DNA of 64,000 bases from a bacterium (GCA_965221165.1 CBDCRP010000003.1:1984001-2048000), one strand, 5' to 3'; numbered from the stretch's first letter, positions 19,209 to 30,438 are shown. Numbers and translations are program-made. The notes: a model not told the origin generated them from the sequence alone.

Positions 19209-20615
19209 CTAGACTTCCACTTTCTCGCCTAAGAGCTCGATAAGGCCATGGATATTTTCGAGCGTATCGATTTTATAGAGCATCGCCTCAATCATGGCGA
19301 TTTGATCGCTCTCGTACACCAAACTGCCACATTCCGTGAATTTCTCGAAAAGCTCCTCACGATCCATGGGACGCTGAGGAGTGCCACGGGAGATTTCTGA
19401 CATTTTCTCATACACCGCACCGTCTTCGAGCTCTATCGCCACCTTACCGCGGATGAGAGCGTAACCTTGGGCCTCGATTTCATCGTCCTTGAAAGCATTG
19501 ATCTTCTTCATCATCTCCACGACATCGGGACGCCTGACGACTTCGTCTTTGTATTGAGCGATGCCGGCTGCTCGCTCTAACAACAAGACGGCAAAACCAA
19601 ATTGCAAAGAAAATTTCGCTTCCAGTTCGTTTTGTGGTTCTTTGTAGCGCAGAGGCTCCAACACCCGCGAGGTGGTGCCGAAACGCAACTCTTTCACCTG
19701 GTCAGGTTTGATGTCGTTTTCTAAAATCAGGTCCCTGGCAGCGTCCATGGCGGGGTGAGAAAGGGAACCACAAGGGTAAGGTTTAATTGACACCCCCGGA
19801 TCCACCGCCGACCAGGCGTTACCGAGTTTTCCAACGATATAATCTTGATCACAGCCACCACCCATGATCTGGAAAAACCCCCATTGCCCATCGAATATCG
19901 TTGGATCCGAAGAGTAGCCGCCCGAGGCCAATCTTGCCGCCACAACGCCGTTTTCCGCCGCGCGGCCACAGTGGTATGGCTTTGTCATCGTTCCAAAATT
20001 CGCACGAAGTCCAGCGCTTTCTGAACAAACGATGCCGTAGCACATGCGCAACTGGTGCTCATCCAATCGCATCAACTTCGCCGCGGCAGTCGCCGCTCCA
20101 ATGGCGCCGATGGTGCCCGTGGAATGAAATCCTTTTATATAATGATCCGGCCGAATCGCCTCCGCCACCTTACATTCCACTTCGAAACCCAGTGCAAATG
20201 CGGTAAGCAACTCCTGCCCCGTTGAGCCCAGCGCTTCGGAAAGGGCGAGTGCAGCGGGCATCACTGGACATGTAGGGTGAGTCAACAAGCCATACACACG
20301 ATCCGGATAGCTGCTCAACTGGGTATCGTCATAATCCATTGCATGTCCCGCAATGCCATTGGACAAAGCGGCAAGATGCGCAGGCACCGTCATGTCGGTT
20401 CCTATTACCCGTGCCTCTGGTTCTCCTCCGATTTCCCTGAGGTAGTTTTGAATAATATGGCCACTCTCCTCTGTGGAACCCGCAACCATCAAACCAACAC
20501 CATCCACGAAACAGCGGCGCATGATTACCCTTACATCTTCAGGAATGTCTTCATATTCCGTCTCCAAGACAAACTCAATGATAGCATCTGTGATGAGAGA
20601 ATCTGAATCAGTCAT
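19209..20615 (-). CDS. MmgE/PrpD family protein
   Basis: HAMDYDDT, HP, GFHSTG, GTMTKPYH, KPYPCG, AKFS. Confidence 0.93.
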   Translation of the reverse strand: MTDSDSLITDAIIEFVLETEYEDIPEDVRVIMRRCFVDGVGLMVAGSTEESGHIIQNYLREIGGEPEARVIGTDMTVPAHLAALSNGIAGHAMDYDDTQLSSYPDRVYGLLTHPTCPVMPAALALSEALGSTGQELLTAFALGFEVECKVAEAIRPDHYIKGFHSTGTIGAIGAATAAAKLMRLDEHQLRMCYGIVCSESAGLRANFGTMTKPYHCGRAAENGVVAARLASGGYSSDPTIFDGQWGFFQIMGGGCDQDYIVGKLGNAWSAVDPGVSIKPYPCGSLSHPAMDAARDLILENDIKPDQVKELRFGTTSRVLEPLRYKEPQNELEAKFSLQFGFAVLLLERAAGIAQYKDEVVRRPDVVEMMKKINAFKDDEIEAQGYALIRGKVAIELEDGAVYEKMSEISRGTPQRPMDREELFEKFTECGSLVYESDQIAMIEAMLYKIDTLENIHGLIELLGEKVEV

Positions 20616-20649
20616 AACCTCACCTTTCTGAAAAATCCTTGGCAATTGA

Positions 20650-20844
20650 TCAATTTTTTTGTCGTCCCGTTTCTTTGGACGTAGGATTCGGTGGAGCCGT
20701 TATTAATTTCAGCCGGGGTTTAGGACAAAAATATCCGGTTAATTTTGGAAAAATCAACGTATTCGAGCAAATCCCATTTAGCGCAAAAATTAAAGACCCC
20801 GACAAAACCAATGCGCCCACCAACCAAATCACACCACGGCTCAT
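20650..20844 (-). CDS. Small hypothetical membrane protein
   Basis: N-terminal hydrophobic helix, purine-rich upstream sequence, co-oriented with the prpD-like gene. Confidence 0.4.
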   Translation of the reverse strand: MSRGVIWLVGALVLSGSLIFALNGICSNTLIFPKLTGYFCPKPRLKLITAPPNPTSKETGRQKN

Positions 20845-21301
20845 GATGAATTCCCCGAAACCTCCGGTTTCCTTACGCGAAACGGATGCAGATTAAGGAG
20901 CCAGATCGGACTCTGGTTCAAATAAACAAAAACGAGTCGTCTCGCCCGGCGACCCGCGATTCGAACCAATTGACAGGGAGATGATTTTCGCCCACCGCGT
21001 TATCAATAACCCAAAGTAGAAACCTCAACCACGAAACCTAACAAAAAGAATACCAATCGGCAAGAAAAAATCACATTTTTCTCTATTTCTATTTTACTTA
21101 TCCTTATAAGGCATGGAATAATAAGGTATAGAAAGGGGGTAGGAGAACGCATGTCCCAAATCACACTTTATTCGCCAGGAGTGCCGATATCGATTTAACC
21201 GGAGCCCTTATTTTTTATCCGCGCTTGTGATTTTTTGCGCAAGCAAGGCAAGCGCCCAATGTACGGACGACAAGAAGCGTAGTATTGTGACATTTCCATA
21301 A

Positions 21302-22426
21302 ATGGAGCTTGAAATGATTTTAGATATTGAAGCCGGTGACATCCTTCCAGCAAAAGATGCCATCGCTTTAATGGACCAAACAGACCTCGGGCCTTCCATC
21401 GATGTTCCTGAAATCCCCGAAAACGCACACCCCGAGAACATCACGGAAGAGGAGAGGGAATTTCTGCAAAATGAGGTCAAGCGACTCAAAAAAGAGAAAA
21501 ATGCACTCATCCTGGCCCATAATTATGTGCCCGAAGATATTCAGGATGTATCTGATATCATAGGTGATTCATTGTTTTTAGCCCAACAAGGCGCCGCCTC
21601 GAACGCAGATTACCTCGTCGAACCATCCGTATTGTTCATGAATCAAATTTTGGCAGCGCTCAAAAAACCGCATCAGACTGTTTTGGCCCCTAGCCTCAAG
21701 GCGCTTTGCTCTTTGGCCGCTCATGCCGATGCCGATAAAATTCGGGAATGGAAAAAAGCGCATCCTGACGGAATTGTCATCAGCTATGTGAATACCTACC
21801 TGGAGGTAAAAGCGGAGAGCGATTACTGTTGCGCGTCCGCCAACGCGGGCAAAGTCACCCTTCACATCCTTGAAAACTCCAAGCCCGAGCAACCTATACT
21901 GTTTTTGCCCGATGTATTCTTGGGTTTCTACGCGGCCAAGCTCTTGGAGAGCAAAGGGCATTCCTTGGATCGTCTTCATCTCATGATGGGCGCGTGTCAT
22001 GTACATGAGAGGATTCGCCCGCATCATGTCGTGGAGCAGCAACAATTACATCCCGAGGCCATTACCGTGGTTCACCCCGAGTGCGGATGCACCAGCGCCT
22101 GCATGCGTCAAGTGAACGATGGCATCGTACCTGAGAACATGCTCCAGTTCCGATCAACCCAAGGCATGATCAAGTTGGTAGAGGAAGTCCCACATCCCGA
22201 AGTCATCGTGGCCACCGAGGTCGGAAACCTCCATCCCATGGCCAAAGCGGTTCCGGATAAAGTCCTAATTCCCGCGAGCCGAGAAGCTCTTTGCGCCTAC
22301 ATGAAACAGAACACATTACAAAACCTGTATGAATGCCTACGCGATCTAAAACATGAAATCACTGTGGACCCGGAACTGGCTCGGCGCGCGCGAATACCCA
22401 TCGAGCGTATGCTTGAAATCGTATAA
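21302..22426 (+). CDS. nadA: Quinolinate synthase
   Basis: LAHNY, GDSL, CSLA, YVNT, CHVH, HPEC, CAYMK. Confidence 0.93.
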   Translation: MELEMILDIEAGDILPAKDAIALMDQTDLGPSIDVPEIPENAHPENITEEEREFLQNEVKRLKKEKNALILAHNYVPEDIQDVSDIIGDSLFLAQQGAASNADYLVEPSVLFMNQILAALKKPHQTVLAPSLKALCSLAAHADADKIREWKKAHPDGIVISYVNTYLEVKAESDYCCASANAGKVTLHILENSKPEQPILFLPDVFLGFYAAKLLESKGHSLDRLHLMMGACHVHERIRPHHVVEQQQLHPEAITVVHPECGCTSACMRQVNDGIVPENMLQFRSTQGMIKLVEEVPHPEVIVATEVGNLHPMAKAVPDKVLIPASREALCAYMKQNTLQNLYECLRDLKHEITVDPELARRARIPIERMLEIV

Positions 22427-22449
22427 CCTAAACAAATATCATTTGGCGT

Positions 22450-23334
22450 ATGGACATCCGTTCTAAAATTCGTGAGTGGCTCCTAGAAGACTTTGGAGGC
22501 GCGCCTCTCCAGTACGAAGCCGAAAATGAACCTTTATGCGTGGCTGAGTTACGCTCGAAAACCGATGCTATTCTCGCTGGTTCCCCATTCTTCGTTCATA
22601 TATTGGAAGAAGCCCAAAACCTTTTGGCTCTTGGGAAAAATCAATCACCCGAAGTCAACTGGCAAAAAAATGAAGGCTCTAGAGTTTCCAAAGGTGAGTT
22701 ATTGGCATACGTTTCCGGGCACACACAGACCATTTTGAAGGCGGAACGCACCGCTCTCAATCTCATTTCTCATATCTCTGAAATCGCCACGCATACGGCC
22801 CATACATTGGCTCGGTTCGGAGATTTTCCCAAAACCCTCAAGGGGATTATCGATACCAGAAAGAACCGGCCGGGCTTGCGTTATTTTGAAAAATACGCGG
22901 TTCGCACAGGTGGTGGTCAGAATCACCGCCTCGGTTTTTTCGACGGCGAAATGATAAAGGACAACGACATTGTAGCTGCCGGTTCCATACCCGCCGCCAT
23001 CGATAGACAATTCGGCAACCGCTACATGACGGAAACTCAAATCGAAGTGCAAAACCTAACGCAGCTAGCAGAAGTCATCGAAGACGGGCGAGTACACATG
23101 ATTCTGCTTGATAATATGGACATCGAAACACTCCAAAAAGCCGTTTCCCGCGCGCGGGAAGTTGGCACCACTTCGAAAACACAAAAACCCTATGAACTCG
23201 AGGCCTCCGGCATTGGTGACGCCAACATGAGGAGCCTCGCGGAGACGGGGGTGGACTATATTTCCACCAGTTCACTCGTCCGGTCCGCCCCTCCACTTGA
23301 CTTTCATATGAAGATCACAAAAGTAGATTCATGA
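22450..23334 (+). CDS. nadC: Quinolinate phosphoribosyltransferase (divergent)
   Basis: ERTALN, DTRK, NHRLG, IKDN, IEV, LLDNM, EASG, GVDYIS; follows nadA. Confidence 0.88.
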   Translation: MDIRSKIREWLLEDFGGAPLQYEAENEPLCVAELRSKTDAILAGSPFFVHILEEAQNLLALGKNQSPEVNWQKNEGSRVSKGELLAYVSGHTQTILKAERTALNLISHISEIATHTAHTLARFGDFPKTLKGIIDTRKNRPGLRYFEKYAVRTGGGQNHRLGFFDGEMIKDNDIVAAGSIPAAIDRQFGNRYMTETQIEVQNLTQLAEVIEDGRVHMILLDNMDIETLQKAVSRAREVGTTSKTQKPYELEASGIGDANMRSLAETGVDYISTSSLVRSAPPLDFHMKITKVDS

Positions 23335-23412
23335 TATCTTTAAAGGATCGTTTTTGCCTATTTGATCCTGAAATGTTGTTTTTTCAATTTCAATCACTTC
23401 CGAGGAAAAGCT

Positions 23413-23937
23413 ATGTCTTTAGAAGTCGATTCTAAAAGCGTGGACTATTTCAAGGCTTCCGATGGTCGCATCATCGCCATCCACATCAAAGGGGACTTCA
23501 ACGATTACGCCAAATTCCCTCCTTATCTGGGTAGTGATGAGGCTAAAGAACATATTCGCACCGCATACGCCGGCCAAGACATCGAAGCGGAGCGCAACAC
23601 CAAAGCCCACATGACAGATGATGACGTACCCCTTCAAATCATCGTTTTGAACAGGCCCAAAGGCGCCATCACCAAAGCGCATTATCACGTGGTGGAAGAG
23701 AGAACCACGAATACCACGCGGCACCAGATTCTCTTGTGCCAGCGTGGCAAGGTTCGGGTTGGCGTATTTACCAAGGAGGGGGAAGCCTTAGGCGATGCGA
23801 TTTTGCATCGTGATGATCTCATTTTGATGTACGAGGGACATGAGGTTGAATTTTTAGAAGATGATTCAAAACTCATCGAAATCAAAGAAGGTCCTTTTCC
23901 AGAAACAGACGAGAGGGACAAGGTCGATTTGAAATAA
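23413..23937 (+). CDS. Cupin-like hypothetical protein
   Basis: AHYH...GHEVEFLED...IEIKEGP; GAGG RBS. Confidence 0.7.
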   Translation: MSLEVDSKSVDYFKASDGRIIAIHIKGDFNDYAKFPPYLGSDEAKEHIRTAYAGQDIEAERNTKAHMTDDDVPLQIIVLNRPKGAITKAHYHVVEERTTNTTRHQILLCQRGKVRVGVFTKEGEALGDAILHRDDLILMYEGHEVEFLEDDSKLIEIKEGPFPETDERDKVDLK

Positions 23938-24127
23938 AGAGATCTACATTGCTCTTTTCCTGGGTTGTTATTATAGAATTCCACGATCGAGCAGTGTAGG
24001 ACCGTATGGAAACTAACACTCGGCCGCAAGCATAACGAAAAATCTTGACTCTGGATCATTGTGGCGCAAAACACCTTAAAAGCATGAGATGGACAACATT
24101 AAAATTTAGCCTTCCTGGAGAAACACT

Positions 24128-25144
24128 ATGAAACTTTGCACCTTTGAGGTACGAACACCCCTCGGCCCATTCGAACGTTTAGGCGCTGTTGTATCGAAAG
24201 ACGATGATTTCAGATACGTCGATCTCAATTTCGCGGCGGCGTCGGAGTTCAAACAGCGTGGTTCTTTACGCCCACAAGACATGGCGGACGCTCTTATCCC
24301 ATCAGAAATGCTCGCTCTTGCAGCATCGGGCCAAGGCGGTATCGAAGCCGCCGAAGAAGCGCTCGAATACGCACTCGAACATGAAGACATTACCGGCCCT
24401 CGCGGGGAGCAAATCATATATGCGGCAAGGGAAGCCCGGCTTCTCGCACCGATAAAACAACCCCCACTCATTCGTGGCTTTGCCGGATTCGAGCGCCACC
24501 TCAAAAAAACATTTGAAGTAATGAACCTTGAAATTCCACAAACTTGGTATGAGCGCCCTCTTGCCTTCAAGGCCAGTTGCGCCCATATGGCCGGACCCGA
24601 AGAAGAAGTTCCCTGGCCCAGTTTTACTGATAAAATGGATTTTGAACTCGAATTCTGCTGCGTGGTTGGTGTGCCGGGGCGGGATATTTCAGAAGAAAAT
24701 GCACATAAACATATCTTTGGTTATGCGATATTAAACGACTGGAGCGCCCGGGACGCTCAAGGGGGCGAAATGGCAATGGGAACCGGACCATACAAAAGCA
24801 AGGACTGGTGCTGGAGTTTTGGCCCCTGGATAGCCACACCCGATGAGATCGGAGATCCAAAAAACATTCCCATGGCCGCGAGAGTCAATGGAGAAACATG
24901 GGTGGAAACCACGCCTGGAGAAATGTATTGGACTTTCTCTCAAATAATCGCCTACACCGCCAGGGACGAGAATCTCCTAACGGGAGATCTAATGGGATCA
25001 GGTACCGTTCCCGGAGGATGCGGCATGGAAATAGACCGCTGGATTCAACCAGGGGATATCGTGGAAATCGATATGGGCCCCCTGGGAGTCATGAGAAACA
25101 AGGTTGGCGAAAAACCCGAGCCCAAACCTTACACGTACAAATAA
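24128..25144 (+). CDS. Fumarylacetoacetate hydrolase family protein
   Basis: FERH, DFELE, NDWSARD, GSGT. Confidence 0.92.
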   Translation: MKLCTFEVRTPLGPFERLGAVVSKDDDFRYVDLNFAAASEFKQRGSLRPQDMADALIPSEMLALAASGQGGIEAAEEALEYALEHEDITGPRGEQIIYAAREARLLAPIKQPPLIRGFAGFERHLKKTFEVMNLEIPQTWYERPLAFKASCAHMAGPEEEVPWPSFTDKMDFELEFCCVVGVPGRDISEENAHKHIFGYAILNDWSARDAQGGEMAMGTGPYKSKDWCWSFGPWIATPDEIGDPKNIPMAARVNGETWVETTPGEMYWTFSQIIAYTARDENLLTGDLMGSGTVPGGCGMEIDRWIQPGDIVEIDMGPLGVMRNKVGEKPEPKPYTYK

Positions 25145-25146
25145 TT

Positions 25147-27516
25147 TTACGATTCTTTTTCCTGGTCGATTTCCTGTGGATTCATAAGGTGAACGACTCT
25201 TTGCGGGAAGGGTATCTCGATGCCTTCCTCTCGAAGCCGACGCTCGATCTTAAATCTCAAATCACTCGCAACCCTCAATCGACTCATCACATCCGGAGTG
25301 TAGCAGCGTAGTTCAAAATCCAGGCTGCTTGAACCGAAATCACGAAAAATAACATTGGGTTCAGGAAAATCGCTCACCTGTTCATTCTTCTCGGCGACAT
25401 CCAATAAAATTTCTCGAACTTTTTGCACGTTGGAGCCATACGCCACACCAACTCCCACTTCCACGCGACCATACTGATCCCGATGCGTCAGATTGGTGAC
25501 CGATGTCGAAATAATCTCCGCGTTCGGGATGATCACCGAAGCGCGCTGCCAGGTTTCAAGCTCCGTCGCTCGAAACTGTATTCTTTTCACAATTCCCTCA
25601 TCGTTTCCCACGCGAACCCAATCCCCGACTTTGATAGGCCTTTCAACCAAAAGTATCAACCCGGAAACAAAGTTATTCACCACATTTTGTAGCCCAAAAC
25701 CGATCCCGACCGAGAGAGCACTGGCAACCAGCGCGAGGTTCGAGAGATCTATTCCTGTTACGGAGATGCTCAACAAAGCCGCAACAATCACACCTGCATA
25801 GCCAAATCCCGCGTTTAGAGAGTGGCTTATACCGGAAGGCAGATTCGTCCGTTCAAGCAGCCTCACAGACAATTGCCTTTGCAAAAACCTTGCTACCACC
25901 ATCGCGAGAAAAAATACGGTAATGGCCAGAAAAATATCGAGAATAGAGATGCGTATGTTCCCTAGTTGGAACCCTGATAGGATTTGTAGAGTCCAGCGAA
26001 TCAGATCATCGAACGGCACTCCCCAAATGGGCACGATGAGAATGATGCCGAAAATGAAAACTACCGGCTCGACAATGACCCGCTCCCAGGTGCGAAGCGT
26101 TTCGAACAGGCGCAAAGGAAGGTGCAACTTCTCTTGTATGAATTGAGATTGCGTCGACCAAGATACTAGTTCGTGTATGACCCTACGCAACAAAACCATT
26201 ACCCACAGCAGAAGGCCAGTCAGAACAAGGTTGGTGATGAGGCGCTTGCCGAATACACCATAACCGACAAACAATGCGACAATACCAACTACCGCAAGCA
26301 CTCTCGCAATGGGACGTATAAACCTCCACATCTTTCCTTGTTCCAGGGTTTCACCTTCTTGGGCCACTTCGGTTCGCCAAAGTTCTTCCCGCCCCAGCTT
26401 CACAAAAAACCAACCCTCCAGGATGCCAAACACCGCTGAATAGATAGATATTGCTTCAGTGGAGCCACTCTCCTCGCCCCTGAGATTTGAAAAAAACATG
26501 TCGATTGAGAAAACAGCCCACAGAATGAAAATCAAGCGATACGCGCTTTGCGCATTTTTTGAAGATTGTCCCGTGAGCCGCCAGGCCGGCTGATCGGGAG
26601 AGAGAAAAGACCTTGCAAACGCAACCACCAAACAAAAGGCCAAGATGGAAAGAAGAAAAGACGTGAGTGCTTCTGCAAACAGACCACTTACCAAAGCGCC
26701 CGGTCGGGTCACCCACAAATAAAGAGCAATTAAAACGGTCCCTGGCAAAATGCCATTGCCAATACCTTCTGCGACAGCGCCTCCAAACCGTCTCGGGTAT
26801 GAGGGTTCCAAGATGCTAGGGTCACGACCGAACATACCCAAAATGCTTCGTCTTATTCTCCGTCCTAATAATACGCCTAGAACCAAAATCACTGCCCCTG
26901 GCAACAACGCAGCGCTACCACCAACTCCAGGAGGCAGCTTTGCGCGCCAATCAAATGGAGAACGAAGAATTCGCCCGAGTTCAGCTATGATTTCTGGAAC
27001 ACCCTTTGTGAGGACGGCCGGTGCAATGGGGATCGGAGTTCGTCTAGACATATCCCCCAAAAGCCGCTCTAACTTCGCTCTGGACAAGGTTTCTTCTAGT
27101 TCCGTTGCACGAACAATCGCCAAGTCAGCTTCAGCAATTCGAGCTCGAGCGGTCGTGATTTGACGGTTGTACCTCTCTCTTTTATCGGCAATCTCCTTTG
27201 CTTCCGGCGGGCCGCCCTTTGTGGGCAGAGGGCCAATGGCCTTAAGTAGTTTTTCAGATAGGCGGAGGTTATTTTGGAATTTCGTTTTGGCATTATCCGC
27301 GCGTGTGCGGATTTGTCGCACTAATGACAAATATCCCTGAGTACGGCCAGGAATTTTTTCGCTGCCCACAACGTAAAGGGCCGCTTCTCGCAAAACGATC
27401 GCCCAATCTTTCGCCTCTGTTGTTTCGCTTGAAGCAATATTTGCGGCATGGACTACAGAAGAGAAAAAAAGCGAAATCACAAAAATGAAACGAAAGTAAC
27501 CCATTTTTTCGTTCAT
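25147..27516 (-). CDS. MscS-family mechanosensitive channel, large MscK-like
   Basis: GIGFGLQNVVNNFVSGLILLVERP, GVAYGS, IPFPQR; periplasmic coiled N-domain. Confidence 0.93.
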   Translation of the reverse strand: MNEKMGYFRFIFVISLFFSSVVHAANIASSETTEAKDWAIVLREAALYVVGSEKIPGRTQGYLSLVRQIRTRADNAKTKFQNNLRLSEKLLKAIGPLPTKGGPPEAKEIADKRERYNRQITTARARIAEADLAIVRATELEETLSRAKLERLLGDMSRRTPIPIAPAVLTKGVPEIIAELGRILRSPFDWRAKLPPGVGGSAALLPGAVILVLGVLLGRRIRRSILGMFGRDPSILEPSYPRRFGGAVAEGIGNGILPGTVLIALYLWVTRPGALVSGLFAEALTSFLLSILAFCLVVAFARSFLSPDQPAWRLTGQSSKNAQSAYRLIFILWAVFSIDMFFSNLRGEESGSTEAISIYSAVFGILEGWFFVKLGREELWRTEVAQEGETLEQGKMWRFIRPIARVLAVVGIVALFVGYGVFGKRLITNLVLTGLLLWVMVLLRRVIHELVSWSTQSQFIQEKLHLPLRLFETLRTWERVIVEPVVFIFGIILIVPIWGVPFDDLIRWTLQILSGFQLGNIRISILDIFLAITVFFLAMVVARFLQRQLSVRLLERTNLPSGISHSLNAGFGYAGVIVAALLSISVTGIDLSNLALVASALSVGIGFGLQNVVNNFVSGLILLVERPIKVGDWVRVGNDEGIVKRIQFRATELETWQRASVIIPNAEIISTSVTNLTHRDQYGRVEVGVGVAYGSNVQKVREILLDVAEKNEQVSDFPEPNVIFRDFGSSSLDFELRCYTPDVMSRLRVASDLRFKIERRLREEGIEIPFPQRVVHLMNPQEIDQEKES

Positions 27517-27880
27517 GAGTTTGTCGCCTTCAAAATCTTTCATCCCAGCTTTCGTTAAAGTGAAAAGCAGATTTAATGTCCTCCACTTCCACCATATATA
27601 CTACCGAGTTTTAACTCCATACGGTCATGAACGCCACCATCCATTTAAGACATCCTTGAATCAATCGCTTTTAATTGACGAAGTTTCTGTAGAATCATTT
27701 CGCAATCATACCTGCCTCTCGTCTCAGCAAGCCATACGGAAGGATATCTCCGCACGGGTGTGTCGAAGTTACACCTCATCGCGTAGAATCGCTGCAAAAG
27801 CCGACACAGGATTTGTCGGCTTATTCATGCTCGTTTGTCGCTAAACCAGGTTTTCCATGCACTCCTGTTTTTCTCACCCA

Positions 27881-29257
27881 TTAAAGTTTTGCTTCCGCGT
27901 GCGAACCTATTCCTCTTCGGCGGCTCCAAACAAAAAACCAAACCAAAAGACATACACCTCCCATAAAATGACTTATCGTCATCGCGCCCCACACACCTGC
28001 GGCACCGAACTCCAATGGCAGGGCGGCCATATATGCAAGTGGTATCTGAAAACCCCATCGGATGAAGGCCTCTACAATCATCGGTGGCTTTGTGTTGGCC
28101 GCTCCTTGAAAAGCGCCTGCCAACATTCGCCGAATAGCCTCAAATAAAGCGCCGATAGTAAGTATCCGGACACAAATGACGCCAATGTCGATTCCCTCGC
28201 CTCTCATCCCGAAGATTAAAACAATTTCCCGGGCGTAAAAATAGAAAAGAATTGTCACGCCACACATCATGACAAATAAGCCAGCCATGGCGAGGTGCAC
28301 GCTTTTTAGCGCCCGTTCCGGCAGATTGGCACCTACATTTTGCCCCACCATCGTCCGTACGGCGGACTGAATACCAAAGCCGGGCAACCGAGAAACTGTC
28401 CCGAGTCGATTGCCGATCGCCCATGCGGCCAGTACCAATGGGCCAAACGACGCCAAAATCTTCAGCAAGATAAGAATAGCGCCTCGCTCAAGTATATTTT
28501 GCGCCGCCGCCGGCCAACCCAAAAAAATGATGCGGCGCATGGTCTCTGCATGGGGCTTGAGATGAAGCAACCTTATACGGAGGCGGGAACGCCCTGATGT
28601 CAAAATCCATAAGACGACAAAAATTCCAATGATACGACCTAATCCAATACCAAAAGCTGAACCCGGAAGCCCCAATCCCGGGAACGGCCCCAAACCAAAA
28701 ATGAAGAGGGGAATAAAAGTGATAGACATAAACGTCGAAATTCCAAGAGCAATCAAGGACTTTCCTGGTTCGCCAGCCGCCTTCAACTGATGGGAGACCG
28801 TAAAAATGCCATCTACGAACGCTATGGTGAGAAACGATGCCTGTAAATACCCAACGCCCACTCGTATCACGGCAACGTCAGAGGTTAAAAGGCCAAGCAA
28901 AGGCGCTGATAACATACAACCTAGAATACTAATAGTGAAGTAATATCCGCCCGCAAGTAAAAAAGCTTGTCCTGCCGCATAGCTTGCGCTCTCAGGTTCT
29001 CCCGCCCCGATTCTCTGAGCCACCAAAGCGCTGCTCGCGATTCTGATGCCAAAGCCAACTGCGCGAAAAAAGAATATGATCATGAAGCTTAATGACACGG
29101 CAGCCAAATATTCGGGACCCAAGCGACCCACCCAAAAGATTTCGACCAGCGTATCGGCGTTCCAGGCTATCGGCTCCAAGCATGAAGGAACAGCCAGGCG
29201 AAATAATCCAACTCCGATAGAACCTTTTGTATAGTCATATCTTTTTATGGCACTCAT
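27881..29257 (-). CDS. MATE family efflux transporter
   Basis: About 12 TM segments; VAQRIGA and VGQNVGA repeats. Confidence 0.92.
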   Translation of the reverse strand: MSAIKRYDYTKGSIGVGLFRLAVPSCLEPIAWNADTLVEIFWVGRLGPEYLAAVSLSFMIIFFFRAVGFGIRIASSALVAQRIGAGEPESASYAAGQAFLLAGGYYFTISILGCMLSAPLLGLLTSDVAVIRVGVGYLQASFLTIAFVDGIFTVSHQLKAAGEPGKSLIALGISTFMSITFIPLFIFGLGPFPGLGLPGSAFGIGLGRIIGIFVVLWILTSGRSRLRIRLLHLKPHAETMRRIIFLGWPAAAQNILERGAILILLKILASFGPLVLAAWAIGNRLGTVSRLPGFGIQSAVRTMVGQNVGANLPERALKSVHLAMAGLFVMMCGVTILFYFYAREIVLIFGMRGEGIDIGVICVRILTIGALFEAIRRMLAGAFQGAANTKPPMIVEAFIRWGFQIPLAYMAALPLEFGAAGVWGAMTISHFMGGVCLLVWFFVWSRRRGIGSHAEAKL

Positions 29258-30438
29258 GTAGAATGGCGTTCAATCCTTGATGACGCTCCTTCAAATATTC
29301 CCGCTACTACACGTCTTATGGCTTCAAACCCAAGACCTACGCACATTATTTGCAAACAAATAACTGCGTGGGGCAAGGCTGCACCTTTCACTCCGAAAAA
29401 AGAAACGACTTCTTTGGTCCAAATACCAAAACTGGTGATGACAACAACCATGATCGAAACAACCGCCCTCACTGTTACCCAAGCACTGCGTATCGCTCGC
29501 TCGGGCTTATTCGCGCCGATGTTTTGGCCCACCATTGTCCGCACTGCCCCTTGGAGGGAAAACCCGGGCATTCTTCCCATGTTGTTGACACGGCTACCAA
29601 GACCCCATGCCGCGAGGGCCAAAGCGCCAAACGGAGCAAGCATCCACACCAATACCAAGTTAGCGCCTCTCTCAAAAAACATCTGTCCCCAAGCGGGCCA
29701 CCCTAACTGCAATATACGCTTCATCTCTAAAGAGTGTGGAGCAAGGTGCCTACATTTCAGATGTATTCTAGCATTTCCCTTAAAAAGAATGAGTAACATG
29801 ACAACGGAACCAGTTAGCCTGCCCACGCCTAAGCCAAGATATACGCCAGACAGGTGTAACGGAGGAATCGGCCCAAATCCAAAAATAAGGGCAGGCATAG
29901 TTATGAACGTAACACATGAATTGATGATCATGCCGAAAAGTGAATACTTAGGCTCACCAGCACCCCGAAATATATTCGCAAGTGTGAATATGCCATCTAT
30001 GAACAAAAGCACGACAAACCCGGCGCGAAGATAGCTTGTCGCCAAATGCAAAAGCCGCGCGTCAGACGTCATCCATTTCATCAAATAAGGCGCAAGTACA
30101 TATCCCACAACACACAAGGGAACGAAGAGAAGCGTTTGAAGCAAAATACATTGGCCTGCGATAAAAGCAGCTCCTTCTTCGTCATCCGCGCCAATTCTTT
30201 GCGCAACCAGCGCTTGGCCCGCTACACGAATTCCCATACCCACAGCTCTCACCATCATGGGGATCATAAATCCTAATGACATCGCTCCTAGCGCACTCGA
30301 GCCCAATTGGCCCACCCAGTAGATTTCAACGATGGTATCGATGTTCCAAGATATCAATTCTGCGAAAATTGGCAGGGAGAGCACCACTAAACCTCGCCCG
30401 ATAGGGCCTTTGGTGTAATCATATCTTTTGGTTTCCAT
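29254..30438 (-). CDS. MATE family efflux transporter, C-terminally truncated relative to its neighbour
   Basis: Paralog of 27881-29257; stops shortly after GIFEGA and lacks the last ~60 aa. Confidence 0.8.
   Translation of the reverse strand: METKRYDYTKGPIGRGLVVLSLPIFAELISWNIDTIVEIYWVGQLGSSALGAMSLGFMIPMMVRAVGMGIRVAGQALVAQRIGADDEEGAAFIAGQCILLQTLLFVPLCVVGYVLAPYLMKWMTSDARLLHLATSYLRAGFVVLLFIDGIFTLANIFRGAGEPKYSLFGMIINSCVTFITMPALIFGFGPIPPLHLSGVYLGLGVGRLTGSVVMLLILFKGNARIHLKCRHLAPHSLEMKRILQLGWPAWGQMFFERGANLVLVWMLAPFGALALAAWGLGSRVNNMGRMPGFSLQGAVRTMVGQNIGANKPERAIRSAWVTVRAVVSIMVVVITSFGIWTKEVVSFFGVKGAALPHAVICLQIMCVGLGFEAIRRVVAGIFEGASSRIERHST

Noticed and set aside
20955-20975. tRNA-like GGTTCGAATC on the minus strand
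   Set aside because: No T-stem pairing or cloverleaf around it.
21199-21301. NAD riboswitch upstream of nadA
   Set aside because: I could not match the nadA-motif consensus.
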